Below are positions 17,814-26,500 of a stretch of 64,000 bases of DNA, in pieces. Position 1 is the first letter of the stretch. Each line of letters opens with the position of its first letter. The DNA lies in the IMG/VR virus record IMGVR_UViG_3300045988_116799, positions 1 through 64,000 of that record, one strand, 5' to 3'. The position numbers and the translations under genes were made by a program. The stretch comes from a virus. A model generated the notes under the pieces. That model was not told where the DNA came from. It searched no databases and worked only from the letters and a program-made list of their open reading frames with translations.

Positions 17814-17834
17814 ATTTAACATTTAACACTTAAA
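17814..17834. repeat. heptamers ATTTAAC, ATTTAAC, ACTTAAA
   Basis: Same unit as the array at 16596..16651; lies between the RT stop and the next start. Confidence 0.75.
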
Positions 17835-17836
17835 AT

Positions 17837-19222
17837 TCAGCATTCGATATACTCCATCTGATTAGTCGAGCCTTCAAAGATATATCCGCACTCGTCCACA
17901 ATCCTCACGTCCTCCAACGGCAGCAAGGTCTTCTTGCCATATTCCTTCTCTGCTTCCACCATCCACGCCACGATACCCATCATGCCACCATGCACCTCTC
18001 TGGCTATTGTCTTGCCCGTCAGCTCACCATCAGCAGTCACCTCCGGCATACCGATAAGCATCTTTATCCAATTAGGTTCGCCCGTTTTCTCGCTCTTGCG
18101 TATCTCGTAGTCGAAGACAGTGAACGCCTGTCCGCTACGTGCCAACTCCAGTGGCTTTATATTCGGAGCGTCCATCTTGCGGTCTATGCGTATCTTCTTT
18201 GTCAGTTCTCGTAGCTTCATATCTTTCTCAATTTTCACCATCTCTCCGAATCCGTCAGTATGACGCATCAGTCCGAAGTAGCTGCCCCACGAATTATCGT
18301 TATTGCACATTCTCGCTCTCAATAGCGTGTCTTTGCGTATAAGGCAATAGCCCTTGTTCGAGTCCGTCACGCTCTTGTCGTTGTTGCGTATCACCCTATA
18401 ACCGCAGAAGTCAATCCCTCGCTTGTCGTTGATGTCGGTAATCCTTGTATCGCCACGCTTCGCCCTCATCTTCAGCTCATACCACCAGTACTGCCTTATC
18501 CTCCACTTCATCCGTTGCGCTTCCTCCCTTGTTCGGCAAGCCACCATGCAATTATCTGCATAGCACAATCGCCATTCAGTGTTTCGGCACAGCCACTCAT
18601 GGAATCTCAGCATCAGTATATGGTGAGCAAGCGGACTCGTCGGTGTGCCTACAGGCAGTTGCCCGTCAACAAAGCACAACTCCACGGCAAAGTCTATCAG
18701 CCACTTGTCACCAATAAGGTATTTCAGCTCCTTGCGCAGCACGCTCGGCTTCACGTGCATATAGCATTTTCGTTGATCGGCAGTCACTACCCAGTCCATT
18801 TCGCGCAGATCGTAAAACAGGTGCTTCACTCTTGGAAGAACATAGTTGCTTTTCAGCTCCTTGTGCTTTGCCGACGGAGTAATACCGCACCCTTCCTTGC
18901 AGTTAAGCGACACCAACGGGTCGCGTCTGCGGTATATCGGCTCCAACTTGTTCTTCAGCAGATGTTCATACACTAAAGTTCTGAACGTAGGCGCGTCGAT
19001 ATGCCTCACCTTCTTGTTGTTGTTCACCTTGGTCAGCTTCCAGTACTTGATGTCCTCATGCCAGCTTCCATCTTTGAGATGTTGTTCAATACTTGCGCAT
19101 AGCCCTTTTACATCCTTCAATGCCTCCGCCACCTCTGGGCGTTTCTTTCTGCCCTTAGCGGCACTCTCCACTGCTCTGAGGTAGTCGTCAGCAACGAAGG
19201 GTATGTAGTTGGGTCTATGCAC
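17837..19222 (-). CDS. DGR reverse transcriptase (divergent)
   Basis: RT motifs: AAKGRKKRPEV (N-terminus), VVTADQRKCY (motif A Asp), QLPVGTPTSPLAHHIL (motif B), CYADNCMV (motif C), GIDFCGYRV (motif E). GTG start. Lies 220 nt downstream of the TR. Confidence 0.9.
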   Translation of the reverse strand: MHRPNYIPFVADDYLRAVESAAKGRKKRPEVAEALKDVKGLCASIEQHLKDGSWHEDIKYWKLTKVNNNKKVRHIDAPTFRTLVYEHLLKNKLEPIYRRRDPLVSLNCKEGCGITPSAKHKELKSNYVLPRVKHLFYDLREMDWVVTADQRKCYMHVKPSVLRKELKYLIGDKWLIDFAVELCFVDGQLPVGTPTSPLAHHILMLRFHEWLCRNTEWRLCYADNCMVACRTREEAQRMKWRIRQYWWYELKMRAKRGDTRITDINDKRGIDFCGYRVIRNNDKSVTDSNKGYCLIRKDTLLRARMCNNDNSWGSYFGLMRHTDGFGEMVKIEKDMKLRELTKKIRIDRKMDAPNIKPLELARSGQAFTVFDYEIRKSEKTGEPNWIKMLIGMPEVTADGELTGKTIAREVHGGMMGIVAWMVEAEKEYGKKTLLPLEDVRIVDECGYIFEGSTNQMEYIEC

Positions 19223-19447
19223 GTTAATAATATGTTTTGTGCGGATTGCTCCGTTGTTAATAATCAGTGTCGGGCTAAAAAGTTGACGGAACTGTCTGCC
19301 CGTCAGAATGTCTCTCGGTCACGTTCGCCGCATCACGTACAGCCATCGTGCTACGCTCACATCCCTTGTCTTTGATATTTTCTGCTTCTCCTGAGCGAGA
19401 GTGGTGTTCCCGTGTTATTGGTTCTGCATCATTTATGATGCCCGACG

Positions 19448-19556
19448 TTGGGCAGAACCGCCATTATTCACGTTCGTATTAGCAGCCGAGTTGTTCGCAT
19501 TCAGATACCGAGGCGAACAATTCGCATTATTCGCATTGCCACGAAAGCGCACGGCT
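19448..19556 (-). repeat. DGR template repeat (TR)
   Basis: Aligns without gaps to 19814..19922 (offset 366). Every mismatch is a T on the + strand, which is an A in the coding sense. Confidence 0.9.
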
Positions 19557-19743
19557 CGGAGACACCAACCTCTTTAGCCATCATCTATATGGATAGCGTC
19601 ACCTCTCATGCAGGCTTCAGAGGCTTCGGCCCTCATGCCGAGCTTGTTCTGGTTTTGAGGAAATATTTTGTCTTGATTCATTTTATTCTATCTTTTAAAC
19701 CACTATAAAGTTACTAATTTTGTTTCTGATTGCCAAAGACATG

Positions 19744-19760
19744 GCGCGGTTGCACCGCGC
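19744..19760. promoter_or_regulatory. GC-rich hairpin downstream of the VR
   Basis: gcgcggt-tgc-accgcgc, 7-bp stem with 3-nt loop, 36 nt past the target-gene stop. Confidence 0.6.
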
Positions 19761-19800
19761 TGCACAACGTTGCACTAAGTTGCACCCGGCTGCGCCTATT
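19751..19800. repeat. five phased 10-nt units starting TGCAC (x4) and TGCGC
   Basis: TGCACCGCGC, TGCACAACGT, TGCACTAAGT, TGCACCCGGC, TGCGCCTATT, with an exact 10-nt period, running up to the target stop codon at 19796-19798. Confidence 0.8.
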
Positions 19801-22672
19801 GCACGATGCGACACTGGGCAGAACCGCCATAAAACACGTGCGGAATAGCAGCCGAGTGGTTCGCATTCAGAAACCGAGGCGAACAATACGCATGACTCGC
19901 ATCGCCACGAAAGCGCACGGCTATGCGCACGCGCTGGTTGAGAGTAGAACTCCAGTACGGAAATGCCCACGAGTAGAAGCATTGCCAACTGCTAAGATTT
20001 CCTCCATCGGCAATCTTGTATGGGATATACCCAAGTCTATTCTTACAGTAACCGTCCGACAAGATAGGAGAACCGAAAGTACCAATCTTACCATACGTAG
20101 ACTCGAAGCCGAATGTGCCAAGATTGTTCTTGCTGACACCAGACTCATTCACCCACTTTGACTGGTTGGGTTCAAGATAGAAATCTATGTAGTTCTTTAA
20201 CAGCTGCTCGGCATTGTAGCTGCCGTTGGTCTGCACCTTGTTAGTGCCCACCATCTCACAGCCGCCTCCCCAATAAGCAAAGACATCACCACTGACGTTC
20301 ATGCCGTGCATGAGACTCATTCTAAGACTTAGCTCAAGGTCGTATGTAGCAAGCGTGTTAGCGTCTTTGTAGCCCTTACAAGTGCCAATCTTCTTGCGAT
20401 ACACCTTACAGTTCATCACTCCGTCAGCCAAGCCCTTTACGCCCGTTATGTTCTTATAGCGGTACGTTACGCCATACGCCTCATACTCGGTGTTCTCAGC
20501 AATTCCGAACTCTGCTGCCCACGATGCTGCCATCTGGCTCTCCATGCACTGCTCCTTTGAACGATATAAATTCACGAACCACGAAAAGTTATTCTTTTCC
20601 AACTTTTCGTTATGTCCAAATGGTGTGCTATCGCCAAATCCGCGATATGTCCATTCTTCCGTACCCTGTTCCTTGCATCGCACACCGCCATTGTCGAGCC
20701 ATGTATTCTCCGAGTTGCAAGCGTCATTGCTTGATATGCCCGAACCAAACAAATTATTGTCGTGCAAGTACTTTGTTCCATACAGCAGCTCCATACACAG
20801 TATAAAGGTGTTGACACCATGAAAACCTCCTTCGGCAAAGGGCAGTGGCGCATTGGTGTCAGCATTGTTGGCACGAGCCTTTTGCATGTTGCTCACCTGA
20901 GTCATATCCGATATACGAGGATATGTTCTACCATCGTTTACGTACATCGAACACATATTCTCGCCTGCTCCGCTCGGTCCGTTGGTGGTGTTTGTGTCAC
21001 CCACGGCATAGACGTAGAAGAAGTTGCGTGTCTTGTTGCCTACCGTAGTAACAGGACAAGGAGACAGAGCCGTTCCAAGCAGAGGGTATCTGCCAGTATC
21101 AATGCCATCATAGCGCACCTGACGCTTGAAGATGCCCGTCAACACCTTACCGCTATCGCCAGTCTGACGGTCTACTGGATATAGGGTGTCGTAGCGACCG
21201 ATCATCACCGAATACTTTGTCTCTGTGGTCTCCCAAGGCAACAGCTGACGCACCTTGTTACCCTCTCCGTCGTACAAGTCTACCAAACCAAGCGAGTTGT
21301 ACACCTCTGTTGCATCGTAAGGATGTGCGCCAGCCTTATCTGTCACAACAACACCATTTTTCAGCGTCAATGGAGTTGTGTGCTCGGCATCGGTATAGAG
21401 TTGTACATCACACGCAGCACGCATCGCCTCCGTAATACCCACGGTAGGCGCAAACGCACCCGACACAAAGCGGAAGTGATTATTGTCCATCAACTGACCT
21501 ACAGGGTGTGTAGCCTCGCCAGTGTTGTCGGTTTGGTCGATAAGGTACGGATGCCAATCGCCCAAGAACTCCTTGTTTCCCTTGCAGTTCTTGAAGTGAG
21601 GGTCGCCCGTCACCTCGTCGTTCTCGCCTACATAGTAATCCTTAACGTTCTCCTTCAGTTCGGCAATGTCAGCAGCGTTCTGTGCCACAGCCTCCTTAGT
21701 CTCCTTCATGTCCACTACAAGCTGATTCACCTTCTCGCCCTCACCGACTTTCACACTCTTGCTTTCACCCTCGCGATTGGTAACAGTCAGCAATCCGTCG
21801 TCGGCAAGAGTGGCATTGACGTTCTCGGCTGCTCTCACCGCATCCACTGTCGAGGCCGCACCCTTGTTGGCAGCATCAGCAGCAGCGTTGGCAGTGTCAG
21901 CAGCCGACTGTGCAGACATCACAGCCTGCTGGCTGGCATCAGCACGCTCCTGCTCAGCCGATACTCGCAGCTTCTCGTTAGCCATACGTCGCGCCTCCGC
22001 TTCCGCTCTCAGCTTCTCGTCGTTGCCTCGTGTGTTCTCAGCCTCCGTGCGGTTCGTCTCGTTGCTCGCACGCTGCGTCTCAGCCTCCGTGCGCTGAGTT
22101 TCAGCCTCTGCACGCTCATGCTCAGCCTTCACGCGCTCCTGCTCATTAGCTGTTGCCGTATTGTTAATAGCCACAGCCTTATCCACCTCCGCCTTAGCCT
22201 TACGCAGCGTGTCGGTAAGCTGTAGGTTGAGAGCTTCGCCCTGCTCAGCAGCCTCCTGCGCACGACTCGCCTGAGCCTGTGCCGATGCCGATGCCGAAGT
22301 CGCAGCCGTAGCCGCTGCATCCACCTTGTCCAAAGCAGCCTGTAGCCCAGCCGTAGCTGTAGTCACGCTCTCCGCAGCCTTAGCCGCTTCCGCTGCCTTG
22401 TCGTTAGCAGTTTTAGCAGCAGCGTTGGCAGCCGTAGCAGCCTCCTGCGCACTCTGAGCACCGTCGTGAGCGCTCTTAGCGTCCACGAGCAGGCTCCACC
22501 ACTCGTCCTCACCCACAGGCTCGTGCCCGATGTTGCCGTCCGCCTTGCTCAGATAGGTGTTGCCGCCGTGCGTCACAAGCTGTAGCTTACAGTAAGTCAC
22601 ACTCGCGTCGTATGCCCCTTTAGGGTGCATGCCGACACTACCCATGTCAATGTACTTCTTTTCCATATTCAC
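19796..22672 (-). CDS. tail fibre / receptor-binding protein, DGR target
   Basis: 958 aa; Ala/Glu-rich coiled coil with AEAETQRTEAETQR repeats; large C-terminal globular part ending in the VR (…RFRGDASHAYCSPRFLNANHSAAIPHVFYGGSAQCRIVQ). Confidence 0.85.
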   Translation of the reverse strand: MNMEKKYIDMGSVGMHPKGAYDASVTYCKLQLVTHGGNTYLSKADGNIGHEPVGEDEWWSLLVDAKSAHDGAQSAQEAATAANAAAKTANDKAAEAAKAAESVTTATAGLQAALDKVDAAATAATSASASAQAQASRAQEAAEQGEALNLQLTDTLRKAKAEVDKAVAINNTATANEQERVKAEHERAEAETQRTEAETQRASNETNRTEAENTRGNDEKLRAEAEARRMANEKLRVSAEQERADASQQAVMSAQSAADTANAAADAANKGAASTVDAVRAAENVNATLADDGLLTVTNREGESKSVKVGEGEKVNQLVVDMKETKEAVAQNAADIAELKENVKDYYVGENDEVTGDPHFKNCKGNKEFLGDWHPYLIDQTDNTGEATHPVGQLMDNNHFRFVSGAFAPTVGITEAMRAACDVQLYTDAEHTTPLTLKNGVVVTDKAGAHPYDATEVYNSLGLVDLYDGEGNKVRQLLPWETTETKYSVMIGRYDTLYPVDRQTGDSGKVLTGIFKRQVRYDGIDTGRYPLLGTALSPCPVTTVGNKTRNFFYVYAVGDTNTTNGPSGAGENMCSMYVNDGRTYPRISDMTQVSNMQKARANNADTNAPLPFAEGGFHGVNTFILCMELLYGTKYLHDNNLFGSGISSNDACNSENTWLDNGGVRCKEQGTEEWTYRGFGDSTPFGHNEKLEKNNFSWFVNLYRSKEQCMESQMAASWAAEFGIAENTEYEAYGVTYRYKNITGVKGLADGVMNCKVYRKKIGTCKGYKDANTLATYDLELSLRMSLMHGMNVSGDVFAYWGGGCEMVGTNKVQTNGSYNAEQLLKNYIDFYLEPNQSKWVNESGVSKNNLGTFGFESTYGKIGTFGSPILSDGYCKNRLGYIPYKIADGGNLSSWQCFYSWAFPYWSSTLNQRVRIAVRFRGDASHAYCSPRFLNANHSAAIPHVFYGGSAQCRIVQ
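19814..19922 (-). repeat. DGR variable repeat (VR)
   Basis: Encodes the last ~36 residues of the 958-aa protein and differs from the TR only at TR adenines. Confidence 0.9.
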
Positions 22673-22699
22673 TTGTTATTATAAAAATCGTTCTTCGTA

Positions 22700-23482
22700 T
22701 TAGTTCTGTGCTACGAGCAGATGTCCTTCTTCCGACAATTTGAATCTGTCCATATCGCCCTCCGTGATACAGGCAATCAGCTTACCTTCTACCACGTCAA
22801 ACGTCGGGTAATCAAACGAACCCTTGGAGTATTTGTCTGTTTTTTCATATTCTCCCGTCTCCTCATTCCACTTCATCCAATATCCGTCCTCACCGATGAT
22901 GTTCGGATGGTCAGCCAGCGCCTTGGCACGGTCGCCCTGCTCGTTAGCATATCCGGCAGCGGTATTAGCCGATATGGTAGCAGCGCCAGCATCCCCTACA
23001 GCCTTGTCTATGCGCACGTCCACCTCGCTCAGTTTAGCGTCCACATTGCCGATAGCCTCGCCAGCGCTCTCAATCAGCTTGCCCAGCTCCACGCTCGGAG
23101 GCAGCACAACGATAGCCGTGTCCATCTCCACCGAGTCCTCGCCCTCTATCACCTCGCCAAACGCCGTATCACCCTTTGCATTATTGTCCACGAGCATAAT
23201 CTGCTCATACTCGTTACTGCGCCAAGAACAGCCGAACAGCTTTCCGTGTACCTCCAGGGCGTATGAGCCGAGTGCCATTTCCGAGCTTCGCACCGTAGCC
23301 TCTATCAGCGAGTCGTCTTCCGCACTAATCGCGAACGTCAGCTTTCTGCGCCTGAAGGCATTCACAAGATTCACCTCCACCTCCTCACAGGCAGGCAACG
23401 GAAACTTCTCCGTCTGTCCGCCCACGATTTTACGCACCGGGATGCGAAGCGTAAAATCATTACCTCTTACAATCTTTTTCAT
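22700..23482 (-). CDS. tail-associated protein
   Basis: ORF track; lies between the tail tip protein and the fibre. AAGYANEQGDRAKALADHPNIIGEDGYW resembles fibre N-terminal modules. Confidence 0.55.
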   Translation of the reverse strand: MKKIVRGNDFTLRIPVRKIVGGQTEKFPLPACEEVEVNLVNAFRRRKLTFAISAEDDSLIEATVRSSEMALGSYALEVHGKLFGCSWRSNEYEQIMLVDNNAKGDTAFGEVIEGEDSVEMDTAIVVLPPSVELGKLIESAGEAIGNVDAKLSEVDVRIDKAVGDAGAATISANTAAGYANEQGDRAKALADHPNIIGEDGYWMKWNEETGEYEKTDKYSKGSFDYPTFDVVEGKLIACITEGDMDRFKLSEEGHLLVAQN

Positions 23483-23505
23483 AGTTCCATCATTTATAAA
23501 TAGCC

Positions 23506-26500
23506 TTAATACTCACTCATTCGGCCTGTAATGTACGTGCAATTCCAATCCGTGCCGTCATAGATAAACAGAGATATTTGTCCTCGCGAGTTAGACAGAC
23601 GCTGTTGCGTCACATCTGTTCCTCCTGCGGTTCGGATATTCTTTTTGTTGCTCTTTATGTAGACCTTTCCGCCACCCTTCTGTATCACTGTCACCTGCTG
23701 ACCTGCGATTGGTTGTGTCGGTAACGATACGGTGATTGCGTAACTTTCATTTTTAGCTACCACAAGCCCCGTACTGTTGCCCATGCCCGAATCACTTCCG
23801 GTGTCATGCACATGATTTACAAACACACCACGGATAGCCGCATTAGTCTCCATCACGATGCCTCCTTGAGGTTTGTAAAGATATACTGCCGGAGTCTCAC
23901 CCCCGAATGGCGAATATACATAAGCAGTCAGTTGTGCTGTACCAAACGTAGCACCGGGTATCGCGTAGCCCGTCGGCAAGCCCCAATCGTTTGTGGCGCC
24001 TCTTGCAACGGTGTAAGCCGACTTGCCCAGCCAGATGCCAGTATAATTGCCGGCACCGTCACCACAACCGAACTCAGTCACCTGTGCTCCAGTACGCATA
24101 TATCCTGAAATTGGGTTGCCGCTGCGCACAAAAGCAGGTGTGTACTGTATCATGCTGCCGCTTATATTTACGTTTCCTACTGTCGTGTCGTTAGCTGTGA
24201 TAATGTCGCAACCAAGATTTTCATCGTGCTCAATCGCCCAAATTCCGAATCTACTGCTGCCTGTCACATTCAGATTCCCTGCTTCCACGCTCTCGGTTCT
24301 CAGAGTGTCGATTACCGCTTGCTTAGCTTTTATAAGATTAGCATTAATAGCACCGTCCTTGAACACAGCGGTCTCTTTACCGCTTTGGTCTCTGAACACC
24401 GTCTTGTCTGCCGTCAGCGTTATCTGCTTGCTGTTAATATCAATGCCAGCAGCAAGCAGTCGCGACGACATAGAGCGACTTGTCGTGTACTCCGTCACCG
24501 TAGCGCCGTATTCCAGCTTCGGCTGAGATACATAGAGGTCACAACCCTGCATACAGCGTATAAGCACGTATTTAGGCAGATTGCCGCCTACCACTCTCCA
24601 GTGCACCCAGTATCGTTTCCATACATAGTCTTCCTTAAACTCCACCTGAGCGTTGCCGTCTGCTGCTTGATGTTGATTAGGACCGTCTACTCTGTCTAAT
24701 ACCTCAGTATATACAACTTGATTACCGTCTTTGTATAAGTACGCTACGAACTTACCTCCGATATTACCCTTTGCCATAAACGAGAGCATATAGTCCTGTC
24801 CTTTTTTCACCACATCGTCACCTAAAGTCCACTCCAGCATATTAATGCTATTGACATTAGTAGCATTTCTAATGTCAGTATTCAGCGTAGGCAGACCGTT
24901 ATACGTCTGCCTAATTTTTTCGTCAGCGCTGTCATTTTTAGGATGTAGAGTCGAATAGCTTTCATCACGCCAAGTCAGATTGCCTCCTACATGCAACGTA
25001 TCAGTATTATCAAGCAAATTGCCCCCGACATAATCCGCATCCTCCTTCGACAGCGACCAACCTACATATTCGTCGCCCTCGACGAGCATAGGCTGGCTGA
25101 GGTAAAATGCGCCATCTTTATCAAGATTTGTAAGTATGTCTACCTGTATGTATTCATAAGGAGCATCAGGTTGCACTGTTATAACTCCTTCAATACGTTC
25201 CCATTGTGTTCCAACCGTTTTCTGCGCCACAAAGCCACTGCCATTAGGCCCTTTATATCCTTCTGCCGAATCGACACTTGTAGCATTCTTTGTCCAAACC
25301 GCCTCTAATGCCACAGTAATGGGTGTCGTCGCTTTTGCCATCACGGAAAAATGGTATTTCTTACCCTTTTCGACTTTGATATTACGACCGCCTACATACG
25401 TATTATAACACCATTTTAGGCCGGTGAAACCTTTTTTTGAACAACAACACGAATTAACTCCGTTATATTGTTCAAGTATAGAAATAAAGGAATCACCAAC
25501 GAGAAACACTCCTTCACCCTGCCTTCTCAGCGCACTCCCAACAAGCAAATTCTTCCTGCCCACAGCCGTTTCGCTCACCTTCAGCGAAATATCCCGTGCC
25601 GTCTGCTTGATAGTCGAAGTGTAGTCCGTCAGCTCGCCCTGTGTCTTCAGAGGTAGGTTATTGTATTTGTTGCTAATCTCAGAGAAACTACTTGTCAACC
25701 CGTACATATTCATCTCGATGCCGCCCCACACCGCCGACACTTCAATGTCCACCTTCAGCGTGGTATAGATATAGCTGTCCGTACCATCAGCAGCTTTATA
25801 CCTCGCAGCTAAAGTGACACTCGCAGTAGTCACTGGCACCAGAATGGTCGTGCCGTCAGATGCCGTGACAGTATGTTGAAAGACATCCTTGATACGGACG
25901 TAAAAACCATCGTTGTCTGCTTCCACTACCGCGTCACAACCTCTCGGTTGCGCGGAAGGGTAGCCGAGAATATGACTCATACCCCAGTCCTCACCGTCAC
26001 GACTGAATTTTACCCGTGCTACACTGTCCGAATCTATCACAGCAGACACATTGCCGTCGCTGTCCCGTTCAGTAGAGAGTACGAGAGGATTAGGATTCCA
26101 TAACGCAACAATAGCGCTCTCACCGTCCTTACCTGGTTTGCCTTGCGCTCCTGGTTGTCCGTCCGCTCCTGGCTCTCCTTGCGCTCCCTGAGGGCCACGG
26201 TCGCCAGTATCACCCTTCTCGCCCTTCTCCGCCTTCATCACCAGCTGCCAGTCGGCGTTGCCCTCCTTAGGCTCCGTAGTGCTGCCCTCGCTGTTAGTAC
26301 ACAGCCACACACCGTTATTATGCGAAACCTGGTCATAATAGCTGTAGCTCACACCATTCTGCCACTCGCCTCTGTAGTTCACAATGTGTATCGTGTCACC
26401 AGTAGGCGACACCCACTCAAACGACGTAGACACAAACTTACAGCCATCAGGCGAAACATAGAACACCTCGCAGCCCTCATGCGAATATCCCAAAACACCC

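Noticed and set aside
17147-17833. 228-aa + strand ORF opposite 17216..17803
   Set aside because: The His/Leu/Arg-rich translation looks non-protein-like, and the - strand frame gives a far more plausible protein.
19448-20161. Listed + strand ORFs 19448..19708 and 19730..20161 across the TR and VR
   Set aside because: They are antisense to the TR and VR and owe their similarity to each other to that repeat. The coding sense is the - strand, where the VR completes the 958-aa gene.
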